Below the pieces are notes generated by a model. It made no database searches, was not told the origin of the DNA, and saw only the letters and a list, made by a program, of their open reading frames with translations. The translations under genes and the position numbers were made by a program. This document shows positions 18,910-34,472 of a stretch of 64,000 nt of DNA, piece by piece (within the stretch, counting starts at the first letter, position 1; each line of letters begins with the position of its first letter). Source of the DNA: Stegostoma tigrinum (Eukaryota); NCBI RefSeq assembly GCF_030684315.1, contig NC_081391.1:20544629-20608628 (forward strand), written 5' to 3'.

Positions 18910-21270
18910 GTGGTTAGTCAAGCTCCCACAGTTGCTGAGGTTTTGAAACTGGCCGTGGGAGCTCTTATTCCTCTCTCTGTTACTGCTCCAAGCTGGGAGT
19001 TCTCCTCCGGCCGCTGGAATCGCCTGTGAGAAAATCTATTTCACTGAATCTAATTAATTAATTAGTAGTCATTAATATATCTGTTACTTCGTTAAGCATT
19101 TCATTCGGTAAGCCATGCCGTTCTTTTCACGTTGTCTGCATTTCAACTGCACTGTAAAAATAAAGTGTGTTTTACTTCGTCAGTAGTTTGACCAATTAAA
19201 TTTCATCTGGAACACAATTCCTTACACTTACATTTAAAATAAGAAAAGGTTACATTCTTAACTTATTTGGAGGGGATTTGGTTTGATCGTCAACAAGAGA
19301 TATGAACCAAATGCAGGTCAAAGGGACTGGTTCAGTTTGGGATACCTGGTTAGCATGGACGAGTTGGACCAAAGGGCCTATTTCTGTGCTGTATGATTCT
19401 GTGACTCGAAGCAGTTTGGTGCTGGAATAGGTGATGAGGTGTGTTGCTTCGGATTTTAGTTTGGGTTGGATGGTCCAGATGGTGGAGCCTGTGATTGGCA
19501 TCAGGAACCACCAACCACCATCCACGCACAGCCCTCTCGGGACAGACACCACAAATCGACACAGTTGACCTGCCCAAACAGAAATTATCTGGAGATTGGC
19601 GGATGTCCTGGTCAAAATGGACCTGAGATACAGGGAATGCCCAGTGGTCACAAAGGGCTTTGTCCCAACTAATGGACATTATGTGGTCATTCAATGGTAA
19701 CCAGAGACTTTGATGAATGAATGTGGTGACTGGCTCTGTGGGAATAGGTGGCGTTCCCTGGTTGTCTGTGTAACACAAACCACAGGTACCCATGTTCTTC
19801 TCAAGTCAACACCCAAATAAATACACTGCAGGAAATCTATAATACAGTGTTGAAGTGCACTCGCCAATTACTGGAATGTTTTTGAGAGATTGAAATTATG
19901 CAGGGGACCTTCCTGCCATATGTTTTTGTGGAGAACGGCTGAGTGGTTGCAAACTTCAGAGCATGTGGGCAGAGAAAGTTGAAGAAATTGAGACACCTTT
20001 GCAAGTCACTTCTATGTTGTACAAGCATCTTTTGTATATCATTTATTTTGGTGGGCTGAAATCCAATACCGGCTGATGAGTAGGTTCGACCGAATAAATT
20101 GATTTGGCTCAAACATATTTGATCTTTTGTCCTGTTGAAAACAAGACCACGTTTCCTTGCTATCATCATGAGTTGAAGAAGTTTTGTCTTTTGCTTCAGT
20201 GTAATTCTTCTGAGAACGGTATCTACAAGACACAGATATCTGACAGGTTCTCACTGATCCTTTCGTTTTGTTGTTGGATTATATCCTGGCTGATGTTCCA
20301 AGCTTCTTTGGCATGGTTTCCTTCTTAACCCTTCTCCCTGTGGTGCTGTGTTACAATTTGGGCTCCTCTGAGCTATTGGACTTTTGGATTTCTAGACTTC
20401 CAACAGGTTTGAACCCAAACTGCTTACGTAGAACACAACTTGGATGTTTCTTGAAAGGATGAACAGTGCTTTGGTGGGTGAGACGAGACAGATCTGATTC
20501 AAGGTTTGGAATAGTTGTTCCATAGACAAGCACTGGCAGATGCTGCTGGCTTGTGACAATTGTTATGAACTTGTTTCCTTTATCCAGCTGTGCATTATTG
20601 ATACATTCTTCAGGTTTGTCCAGAAGGGACCTTTACAAGCATTTGATGGATGTACAGATAATACCAAGTTCATAACCTTTCCACATAGATTGGCTTCAGT
20701 AAAATCACTTTTCAAACCTTCCCTTCAACATCTACCTGTGAACTGATCAATCAGCTCCCCTCACCATATGACATGAACTCAAGCGGTGTCTCCCAAAATT
20801 GGTCATCTGAAATTCATTGCCATTGTCCTCATGAGCAAAGCCAGAGGCTGTTATTCTTCAGGACCCTCGATCCCAATGCTAGAACAAGTTTTGCAGCCTG
20901 CCCTTCATTGTCTGTTATCTGCTGATTCAGACAAAAGTGTTCTTAAGACCTGAAGCTTACAGAATATCAGCGGTGTGCAAATCCATCATGATTTTGCTTG
21001 TCCTCCTTTTGGTCTTTAAGCAGCGATGTACAATGCTTTCCCAGGACTTGTATTTGTGTCTCTCCTGTTTTGTTAGTTTGGCTGTCACAGCCCTTTGTAC
21101 AAGCGATTTTTTTTTTGGACTGCTGATTGCAGCCAGAGGGAAAATACAACATATGTTGTGAAGTAAAGTTCAGGGAAAATGGGATTTTTAATTCAGAAAA
21201 AGCTGTTTGTCTCAACCACCAAATTGTTAGGATAAACCTCCTGATGAGCTGATAATACCTCTCAGCTGGT
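18910..21270 (-). mobile_element. Degenerate Gypsy-like LTR retrotransposon remnant with LTR-like segment (~18910-19295)
   Basis: ORF 19837..20169(-) GLVFNRTK...INLFGRTYSSAGI...KINDIQKM...DLQRCLNFFNFL resembles the Ty3/Gypsy RT C-terminal region; heavily disrupted. Confidence 0.6.
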
Positions 21271-21426
21271 ACAAGTCAGTTTGGAAGCTGCCCCTTTGGT
21301 CTAATTCACCTAGTTCCATTTGCACTGTCCCTCTAAATCCTTTCCTTTAAACGGCACCTGCATGGGTCTGTGAAGAGCTGTACCAGTCTCCTCCACCTTT
21401 TCTAGCAGTTCATTCCATACACACTA

Positions 21427-21638
21427 TGTGTGGAGCTGGATGAACACAGCAGGTCAAGCAGCATCTCAGGAGCACAAAAGCTGATGTTTCGGGCCTAGAC
21501 CCTTCATCAGAGCTCTGATGAAGGGTCTAGACCCAAAACGTCAGCTTTTGTGCTCCTGAGATGCTGCGTGGCCTGCTGTGTTCATCCAGCTCCACAATTT
21601 ATCTTGGATTCTCCAGCATCTGCAGTTCCCATTATCAC
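21427..21638. mobile_element. Palindromic family-A element with back-to-back hammerhead cores
   Basis: ...GGGCCTAGACCCTTCATCAG AGCT CTGATGAAGGGTCTAGACCCAAAACGTCAGC...; ~85-bp inverted arms centred at 21512/21513. Confidence 0.88.
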
Positions 21639-22652
21639 TGTGTGGAAGTTGCCCCTCAGGCCCCTTTTAAAAAAAAATCTCTGCACTCCTACCTGAAACC
21701 TACACCCTCTTGTTTCCTTAATCCTAGGGAAAGGAACAGTGACCTTGACTATTCCTCTCACTTTGTGAATCATGAGAGGCATGGATAAAGGCTCCCCAAG
21801 CCTTTAACTCACCAGAGAGGCTTGCTCCAGCTTCCTTGTAAATGTTCAGGAAGATTTACATTTCAATATATCTTTCCTTTTGGAGTTGGGGGGGGGGGGG
21901 GGGGTGGAAAGAGAGAAGGAGCGAGAGCACGAGAGAGCCCAGTGTTGACTGTAATAGTCGCGCAGTGGAATTGCAACTGTCCTACACCAAGGGCACCAAC
22001 TCCTATACTCCATGCACTGACCCAAGGCAGCAAGCACCCCAAATGCCATCTTTCTCACCTTGTCCACAAACTCCAAGGAACATTGGCAAATGAAGACTCA
22101 GGGTGCAGGTGAAAGGGTCTGGCAGTGCCTCCTGCTAACTGATAATGTTGACAAACCAGTTAAGGTTTGAAATCTCACCCTGATTTACAATTGGGTCTCA
22201 CCTAATAGGCACAATTATTTGAATGGCCCTTGGTGGTGCAGTGGTAGCAACCCTACCCCTTGAGTGGGAGAATGGGGAGTTCAACTCCCGAAATGTGAAT
22301 GACAAGCTTGACTCCCAGAAAAACCTTGAGAGGTTATTCAAACTCAAGTGCCTGGGGTTTGGTTAGACTTCCACTACTGGAATCTCAGCTTTCCCCAGTG
22401 TGCCTCAGCTCTGTTGGCTTGTAACCCCTCGCATAGTTTATTCTACTGAGCAAAATGATAGGTCCGCAAGCCATTCCTTCCTTCAATGAAGCGTGTCAAC
22501 CTACAAAAGATGGTGGAGTAGCTCAAGGAAACTGGCCACCCCTCTCGAAGAGGACAAGGTGCAGGCACTTGTCCGGGCAGTGAAACCTACAGCTCGGACT
22601 AGTAGTGAAAGAGTTCCTATCAGGATGAACAGAACCAAACAGGATCAAGCTA

Positions 22653-22859
22653 TGAGCTAGTAGGAACAGCAGATGCTGGAGAATCTGCGATAACAAGGTG
22701 TGGAGCTGGATGAACACATCAGGCCAAGCAGCAGAGGAGCAGGAAGACTGACATTTCAGGCAGAGGCCCTCAGAGTCAAGCCCAAAACTTCAGCCTTCCT
22801 GCTCCTTTAATGCTGTTTGGCCCACTGTGTTCATCCAACTCCACATCTTGTTATCTCAA
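22653..22859. mobile_element. Palindromic family-A element with 10-bp target-site duplication
   Basis: GATCAAGCTA at 22643-22652 and 22860-22869; paralogous flanks at ~6343 and ~30564 show the empty site. Confidence 0.85.
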
Positions 22860-23041
22860 GATCAAGCTACAGCACAGCTCACAGCAAGAATTAACCCAGA
22901 AAGGGAGGCAAGACATGGTCCATTATAGCACAGTTTATTTACACTTTGTACAGAGCAATGAGCTGCTCCTACAAAAAAGGAGCAGTCTCTACAGGTCTCC
23001 CATTCAGACACATGACAACAAGCTCACACCCTGCAGTCAGT

Positions 23042-25680
<2,639 letters not shown>

Positions 25681-26228
25681 CTTCACTATCACCAAGACAA
25701 CTCTAAAACCAAGCCTCACTACCACAACCTCTTGTACTCTTCCTCCAAGGCCCAAACAGGGCGTAGCATTATTAATAATGATTGACAATCCCTGACATCC
25801 AATCAGGAATCTCCTATCAATCCAGTTACCAATTAATAGGGAAAGGGGGCTGTTGGGATGGGCTAAAACCCAGAGCCAATCAGAAATTTGGAATACAGGG
25901 AGGTTTGGGAAATAAGGCTTGCTGATGCAATTGGTTTTGGAGTGACAAATCCTCAACATACCCCACACGAGCTGTTATTGAAAAGCGCCAGTATCCCTAT
26001 CTCTGGATCAACAAACTCTGAGTTCAGGTGCCAGTGTCCCTCATAAAATAGCTACAATGGCGCAGGAATGGAGTGATGAAAAGCCATTACCTTTGGTGAA
26101 ACACTTTTCCATCATCTGACAAAATTTGTTTCTTTTTGTCGCTGTGACTGTTTCTCCGATATCCCAAGTGTTTGCATCTGGTTTCATTCTCGAAGGGGTT
26201 CAGTCCTGGATTAGGTGATGATAACGCA

Positions 26229-26313
26229 ATGTGGAGCTGGATGAACACAGCAGGCCAGGCAGCATTTAAGGAGAAGGAAAGCTGACGTTTCAGGTCAGGA
26301 CCCTTCTTCAGAA
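26229..26313 (-). mobile_element. Family-A short element with intact hammerhead core
   Basis: Minus strand CTGAAGA-AGGGTC CT GACCT-GAAAC GTC at 26284-26311. Confidence 0.8.
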
Positions 26314-27124
26314 ATTCAGGTGATGAGATGTGATTGGATTAAACTCTGGCTCAGATGGGGAGGGGGCTTTGATTGGTATTGGGAACCACCAATCACCATC
26401 CAGACATGACCCTCTTCGGACAAACTCCACCAATGGGCACAGTTGACCCGCCCAAACAGAAAATGTATCTGGAGATTGGCACATGTCCTGGCCAAAGTGG
26501 AGATGCAGTGGGTGTCCAGTGATACAAAGGACTTTGCGCAAACATTATGAGTTATCTGCTGATGCATACAGTAAGACTGATTCTTTCTTCAAATAACTGG
26601 AGCTCTAACAGAATGTCAGTTGTGTGCCAAACCAATTTTGCTTTTTATTTTTGTGGTCTTTAAATGGTATTGTATAATGATTTTCTATATTTTTTGGCCT
26701 CTCCCCTCTTTAGGTAGTTGTATGTCACTGCCCTTTTAAGTATTGCAGCCCTGTAGGATTGGGCTTTTTTTGTCACAGAGGGTATCCAGGCCCAAAAAGG
26801 AGTGAATATATTGTAACGGTTCCGGTTGTAAAATTTCATAAAGAACACTATCACACAGACACAGCGTTTGGTTCAACCACAAATTTGCTTGATAGAATAA
26901 GCCTCCTGGTGCCCTGACACAACGCCTCTCAGCTGGTCTAAATGATACAACACCTGTCCAATTTAAATCTCACCCTGATTTAACACTGACACTCACCCAA
27001 AACGGGCACCAGGCAGCATGATGTATTTAAATAAAACCAAAATTCCACTTGCAAAACCTTACGTTTCTGACTGAATTGTACTCAATTCATTTAGTCATTA
27101 TCCTTGAATTACTTTAATTTCCTT

Positions 27125-27940
27125 CCACCATAGGGTCAGAATTGAGGATGTTTGCTGACGATTGCACAATGTTCAGCACGATTCGCCACTCCTCCGATAC
27201 TGAAGGATTCCGGAGTCAAATGTAACAAGATCTGTACAATATTCTGGCTTTGGATGAGAAATGTCAAGTAACAATCGCGCCTTCCCTTGACCCTTTTATG
27301 GCCTTACTGTTGCTGACAGTATCCTGGGGGTTACCATTAATCACAGCTCAAATGGATGAGCCACATAAATAGTGTCCACAAGAGTAGATTAAAGGCTAGG
27401 AATGCTGCAGTGAGAAATGCATCTCTGGTCTCCTCAAAGCCTATCCATCATTGACAAGGCACAAGTCAGCAGTGTGATGGAATACTCCCCACTTGCCTGG
27501 ATGGGTGCAGCCCCAACAACACTCAAGAAGCTTGACACCATCCAGGACAAAGCAGCCCCCGCTTGACTGGCACCACATCTACAATCATCCATTTCCTCCA
27601 CCACCGATGCTCAGTAGCAGCAGCATCTATAAGATGCATTGCAGGAATTCACCAAAGATCCTCAGACAGCACCTTCCAAACCCACAAACACTTCCATGTA
27701 AATGACAAAGGCAGCAGAACTATGACACACCGCACCCTCCATATTTCCCTTCAAGCCACTCACCATTCTGACTTGGAAATGTATCGCCGTTCCTTCACTG
27801 TCGCCAGGTGAAAATCTTGGAACACCCTCCCTAAGGGCATTGTGGGTAAACCTACAGCACATGGACTGCAACAGGTCAAGAAGGCAGCTCACCCCCACCT
27901 TCCCAACGGGCAATAAATGTTGACCCCACCAGAAATGCCC
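27125..27940 (+). mobile_element. CR1/L2-group LINE 3' fragment (RT domain)
   Basis: ATGTTTGCTGACGATTGCACAATG = MFADDCTM (RT catalytic motif) near 27149; related 3' ends at ~36100-36420, 44150-44420(-), 54850-55130. Confidence 0.75.
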
Positions 27941-30900
27941 ATGGCCTCTGAGAGAAAAACAATTGTGAAAAGCCCTCAGCCCTAATACCCCTATGGCAAA
28001 TGGCATACAACTCTACACTCAGTTTCCAGTGAGAACGAGGTGCCCACAAAGCAGCTTGACTGATTCGGACTCTCCCACTACTGCAGACCCCTCCCAGACT
28101 GTGATCACTCCAATTTGGCTGGAACACTGACACAATCTCCAAAATCCCCAACAGCACGGCTCCATCCTCTGTTGAATGCAGGCCTGAGTCAGGCCGACCA
28201 ATCCTTTCCCACTTTCCATCTGTAATGCCAGTTCTTTCTCTTATGATAATCCTTAATGAAATAACATCAGTGCATTTACTGAGGCCATTCTGCTGAATGG
28301 TCAGTGCTTAACAGCCTCTTTGATCTGGACAGACCAGCTCAGTGATGTTATTTCTCACCATCCAGTGCTATGAATGGCAGTCGTCTGGCATCGCATGGTT
28401 CTTCAATGACCCACTCCTTTCTCCAGTTAGATGCCATGATGGTGGTTATCCTGTGCCATTGTTCTGATCATATCCCAACTTCCAACCCTGTTACCATCAT
28501 CAGTTCTGTTCTGATATTGAAATATCTGAATTTAACACCTTGAACATCACATGCATACGCTTGACGTTTATTCACTGTACTCATATCCATGAGGTTTGGT
28601 ATTTATTCCCAATTTATTGCATGAAGTTCAGTCGGAGGGAAATCTGATCTCACAACAGCATGGGGGTTTTTGTTTTCAACTGTTCTGCCGATTTGGAAGG
28701 AGAAAATGAAAAACAGCTGACTTCCGGACATAGAACATTTTTTTAATCAAAATAGAAACCGAGTGTTTTAATTTTTAAAATACATTTTCTTCAATGAGTT
28801 CTTTGAGTTGTCCTTTAAGGGCCATTTAAAATTCTATTTCTTGGAATGTAGATCGGCAGCCTCTCATTTCGACTCTCACTGTACTTCAGTTTGTGTATCT
28901 ACACTGGTTTGCAGGCTAACGGCATTCTCTGTGTCAATGTTTGTGGGATGCTCCCATGATTCAATTTGTAGTTTACACAATGAACACATTTAGTCTGGTA
29001 TGCGTGCCTTAATGTAACTGTCTATTTCACACAACAGACTGACTAAACCGTCTCTGTTAGAGAGAAAGCAGTAAAAAGCAGATACTTTTATGCTGGAAAA
29101 TCACACAGTGTGATATCATGCAGCTATTTCACAAGTACAGGACTGTCTGGAAACTGCTGAATGCAACAGGAACAATTGATAGAGCTTTTTCACAGGATTA
29201 TTTGAATTTGGTGGCAGCACCTGTCAGGAGAAGCAATAGTGACAAGGCTGGTGATGAATAAACTAGAGCTGGCAAGTAATGCAGTCTCATTTCTGAATTT
29301 TGACACAACAGCAGGTTGTGCCTGAAACCTTCGCCAGGAGATGCAAAGGAATTAACTGTCGATAAATGAATTTTATTACACCTACTGCATTTCTCAAAAT
29401 TCCTGAAACCTCTGAAGACACTGGATAATTACAGCTGCAACGTCAACTTTCAAATCTATGCGTAGGGGGCTATTGCAACAAATGGAGATTGAACATCAGC
29501 TGGAAAAATTGATCCACAATTGGGTGTAAAAACTAATTCACATCAATACAAATTGATGGAGCATTTGCTGCTGTTTTGTCAAAAAGGTTTGAGACCAATT
29601 TTGTTCAGACACAGAATGGTGGAAGTTGACTTTGATATCAGGTTTTAAGCTGTTGTATGTTTATAACCAATTCACCTGGTATCAAGTGATTGAGGCAGAG
29701 TTTGCCAGATACATGTCACCCTGTAATATTGGGAACTAGCTCGAAGAGGATGTGGGTTAAATAAATTTGATAGACTGGAATCATTGCACACTGGATATTT
29801 CTTTGCCTTGGTAACCAGTGGCAACAATGGCTCAGCTTCTGATCTAGCCAAAATTAGTATTGTTCAAGTGAGGCAACTCGTGGTATGCTGACTGCTGTGT
29901 TGCTGGGCTCACTGAAATGTTGGCTGCATTCGACATCAACCATAAGATAGAGCTGTCAATCCTGTGATCTAGTACTAGTCACCTACTGTGATTCTTGTTC
30001 CAGAATTGTAAGAGGACATGGCAGAGATATGGGGGCAATCCCTTGTACTCTGCAGACTGACAACCAAGCAGTTGCTGCTCAGCAAAAACTAAATCTCAAG
30101 TGTTTTGGTATTTGACCAAAAGTCTCATTAAGTTTAATTTCAGTTGATAGGGCCTTCTCTGAAGCTTGCATTGTCTGAAGGAATGGATTCTAACTAGGAT
30201 TTGTTATGTTACCCTGATACCGCATTCACTCCCTGCACTGAAAATTTAGCGCCAGGCTGTACTGTGCTATGCACTGCAGAAACTCACCAAGGCTCCTCAG
30301 CGCCTTCCAAAACTGAGGCCACTTCCATCGAGAAGCAAGGCAGGCAACAGATATAAGAGGACAGCACCACCTGCAAGTTCCTTCCAAGCCATTTGCCAAC
30401 CTGCCTTGGAAGTACAGTTCCTTGGTGAAAATGTATCAAATCCTTCAAGAGTATGGCCCCAATTGTTGAAAGCAGCAGCTCACCTTGAGGACACTGGTCC
30501 ACACAGTGAAACCCACAGCCCAGTGGGGAAAGTGTTCCCATCAGCAGGAACAGAACTAAAACAGGATCAAGCTACAGCACAGCTCTCAGCAACGATTAAC
30601 CCAGAAAGAGAGTCCATTATTGACCAGTCTATTTACACTTGGTGCAGGGCAATGAGCTGCTTCTACAAAAGGATAAGTCTCTACAGGTCTCCCATTCAGA
30701 CACATGACAACAAACTCACTCCCTGCAGGCAGTTCAGTCACTCTCCCCCAGGGTGAGCCTGTCAAACAGGTACTTTCCCATGCCATTGTCAGGGGCTCCC
30801 AGTCTCTTCAGGTTGGTGATGTGATCTCCCAGCTTCTTGATCATCTTCACTTGCTCATCCAGGTAGTGCCTCTCCAGGAAGTCACACAGCTGGAGAAAGG

Positions 30901-31089
30901 AAAAATGAATTGAAGACGTGGTTTCTCTTGGAAGGGTTCATTCCTCTTGAATGAGGGGAAGCGAAAACAGCTGATATAATTCTAGTGTAGCGAAATTACC
31001 ATACAGACCCCAAATCCAGAGATGTCACGATCCTGGATCAGATGTACAGCATAAGCAGACACTTCAGTGTAAATTATCCACAAATAGAT

Positions 31090-33110
31090 TAGTTTAATCT
31101 AATCCCATTTACCACAATTTGGCCCATATCCCTCAACCGCTTCCCCCCCGCTCCCCGCCCCATTCATATACCCATCCAGATGCCTTTTAAGTGTTGTCAT
31201 TATATAAGCCATCGCTTCCCAACACTCATTCCAGACACAACCTTGTGTGGAGAGGTATCCCTTAGATCTCTTAAATCTTTGCCTCACCTTAAACTAATGC
31301 CCTTTAGTTTTGGACTCCGCCCTGGGGAATGTTCTGACTATTTCTGTAAACATGCCCCTCAAGGTTCCCGCATCCCCACCTCAGCTCCTGACACTCCAGG
31401 GCAATGCTCCAGCCTACTCAGCCTCTCCCTGCTGTGGCACCACCCTTAAAACCTTTTGAACCTTTTCAAGTTTCAGAATATCCTTATTAGCTGGGGATGG
31501 GAATCACGTGTTGTATTCCAAAGTGGAATAACCACTTGTGTGCAGCCACACCATGACTTCACCTACTATACTCAAGGAGCTGACCAATAAAGCCAAGCGT
31601 TCCAAGTCCTGATCTGTATTTCCAAAATCCAGCACCTCACATTTATCTAAATTAAATGCCATCTCCCACGCCAGCCCATTGAGCTATCTGATGGAGATCC
31701 AATTGCTCTAGGTGCCCTTCTTCACTGTCCAATACACCTCCATTTTGAGGATATCTGCAGACTTACTAACCATACCTCACATCTGAATGATACAGGACGA
31801 AAAGCAGCAGGCCCAGCATCAAAGATAACGGGAACTGCAGATGCTGGAGAATCCAAGATAACAAAGTGTGGAGCTGGATGAACACAGCAGGCCAAGCAGC
31901 ATCTCTGCAGTACAAAAGCTGATGTTTCGGGCCTGGACCCTTCATCAGAGCATCAATCCTTGTGACACTATTGGTCACAGGTTTCCAGTCTGAAAAGAAC
32001 CGCCCACCACTACCTTTTGTCTACCTGAGCCAGTTCAGTATTCAAATGACTAATTCTCCCTGTATTCCATATGATGCAGCCTTGCTTACCAGTCTAGCAA
32101 GAGGGATTTTGTTCAATGACTTACTGAAGTCCATTTGGATCACACCCACTTCTCTGCCTTCAATCCTCTTCATTATTTCTTCAAATGAAGTTAGAGACAA
32201 TTTCCCATACAAAGCTGTGTTGACTATTCCTAATCAGTCCTTGCCTTGGCAAAGGACTTAAAATCCTTTCCCTCAAACTTGCCCAACACCAAATGTCAGA
32301 CTCATTGGTCTATAGTTCTCTAACCTTTCCTTACCACATTAACCTCCTATCTTTAGATAGGAAATTTGATAGCAAATGATACAACTATCTCAGCAAGGGG
32401 CCCAGCAATCACTCCAGATTTCTACGGTACAGCTACTTAGGTCCGAAGGATTTGTCCACCTATGTGTTTTAAGATGTCCAGCACCACCTCTGATGCTGAG
32501 CTCTTTCAAGATATCACTATTTTCCATGTTCTACATCTTCCACAAGCTTCTCCACATTAAATATTGTGGAAAAACACTTGTTTAGTATCTCCACAGCTCT
32601 TGGGACTCCACACATAGGGACACTTTTCTCCTCAAGCTTTTTGTAGAGTCCTTTGGATTTGCTTTAACCCTATTTGCCAAAGCTTTCATGTCCCCTTTTT
32701 GCTGTCCTGATTTCCTTCTTTAGAACATAAAGGCAGTAAGAGTATACTTAGGCTGATGCCCATGCCTGATGGATGTTTCCTTTCATTAAACCTCAATTTT
32801 TCTTGTCATCGAGCATTCCTACACCTATCAGCCTTGCCTTCCAACCTAACAGGAACAGTGTCTCTGGGCAATTCTCATTTTTGAGAGCTTCCCATTTTTC
32901 TAGCCATCCTTTACCTGCAAAGGTCTGTCCCAGTAAGCTTTTGGAAGTTCTTGCCTAGTACCTTCTAAATTGGAAGGTGGCCAATTTTGACTTTTTTTAA
33001 AGGTAACTGGTTTCTGCTTTTCCATCACTATTTTGCAAAAAACAAATTTATGGTTCCTGGCTCTAATAATATGCTCCCCCACTGACACTGCAGCCACCTA
33101 CCCTGGCTTA
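31090..33110 (-). mobile_element. Long degenerate CR1 LINE in intron 3 of copy 5
   Basis: Reverse-complement similarity to CR1 ORF2 (ORF 31099..31287 GCVWNE...LKRHLDGYMN); explains the 2.5-kb intron. Confidence 0.7.
31823..31948 (-). mobile_element. Family-A short element (126 bp) with 8-bp TSD, nested in CR1
   Basis: AGCATCAA at 31815-31822 and 31949-31956; minus strand starts exactly at CTGATGAAGGGTCCAGGCCCGAAACATC. Confidence 0.85.
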
Positions 33111-33119
33111 TTGTATCAG

Positions 33120-33246
33120 TGATAATGGGAACTGCAGATGCTGGAGAATCCAAGATAATAAAATGTGAGGCTGGATGAACACAGCAGGCCCAGCAGCATC
33201 TCAGGAGAACAAAAGCTGACGTTTCGGGCCTAGACCCTTCATCAGA
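33120..33246 (-). mobile_element. Family-A short element with intact hammerhead core
   Basis: Minus strand CTGATGA-AGGGTC TA GGCCC-GAAAC GTC at 33218-33245. Confidence 0.85.
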
Positions 33247-34194
33247 CCGTGCCTTATTGCCCTTGTTAAGGTCCAGTCGGCCAAAAGCCCTCAAGAGCCT
33301 GGTTATCAGATCACAAGCAAGATGTTTACTCAAAAATAGTACTGAATAGCCTCAGGTGCTACAGCCCAATTTGTCCAAAAGCCCACATCAGGAACTCACA
33401 CGAGGGTCTGTGTTGCCAGAGGTGAGTTTGTGCAGATCCAGCAGACTCTGGTTCACATCCTTCTCCATCTGCAGAGCTCTCTGCATTGCCTCCAGACCAT
33501 TGCCCCACTCACCCTGCCCTGGCTTCTGGAGGGAGGGAAGAGACAGATGTGTCACTATATCAAAAATGAGCGAAAGATAATTGGAAAGTTGTGCATTATA
33601 GCATTACTGCATTACCTCAGGGGTACTTATGTTTCAAATCCATGTCTAGCTCAGGTGGTTGTAATGTAGGAGGATAGACCAATCTTGATGTCCTGCAGGA
33701 GGACGCTGCCTTCACATTCATTCTGGAATGCCATCAGTTTCTCAGAGTGTTCCCATTCCACGTATTCCTTGAAGAACTCAGCAAAATGACACAGAGCCAC
33801 ATCATCCCGGTCAAAGTAAGACGACTACAAAAGAATTCAAACTGCATGAATATTGTACCGATACAGTTAAAGCCAGCCGACTGAAGATACAAGCTTATTT
33901 ACTTCACCAAACTGCTGGAGCAGTTATCTTCAGCAATAATACCCAAAACTGAAATTGAAGCCAAATTACATATCGTTGAGCTTCATAACTAGAAACTTAG
34001 AATGAATTTTGGGCTTGTTGTTTAGAAGCTAGATAACCACCAGTACCCCTATTGGTGAACTCCACAAACCAGACCAGCTTGTACCCCTTCCTGAAGGGGA
34101 GTTAACTACTAACTACATTTAATTTTAGATGTAGAATAACTAAAATTACTGTAACCAGTTTAAGGCTGTAATTAGGCTCTTTCTAAATTCCTAG

Positions 34195-34472
34195 CCTGTG
34201 GAAACAGGCCATTCAGCTTAACAAGTCCATCACACCTCTCCACACAGCATCCCACCCAGACTCATTCCACTACCGTATCCCTGTATTTCCAATGGCTAAT
34301 CCAGCTAACCTACGCTATGGGCTATTTAGCATGGCCAACCCAACCAACCTACATATCTTTGGATTGTGGGACGAAACCCATAGAGACACAAAACTCCATT
34401 CAGCCATCCAAAGCTGAGATCAAGCCCAGGCCCCTGGTACTGTGAGGCAGCAGTGCTCACTACTGAGCCACT
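34195..34472 (-). mobile_element. HE1-like tRNA-derived SINE
   Basis: Reverse complement of GTGGCTCAGTAGTGAGCACTGCTGCCTCACAG... head and shared body. Confidence 0.75.

Larger units (their letters stand above)
30734..33824 (-). pseudogene. Ferritin copy 5, pseudogene
   Basis: Exon4 30734-30889, exon3 33400-33525. Exon2 33684-33824 has a 6-nt deletion in the QSHEE region and a GT>AT donor mutation. PolyA signal mutated to AATAGA. No exon 1 found upstream. Confidence 0.9.

Noticed and set aside
28560-30250. Possible additional Gypsy-like gag/pol remnant on the plus strand
   Set aside because: Only faint motif resemblance and no readable ORF; cannot be supported without a profile search
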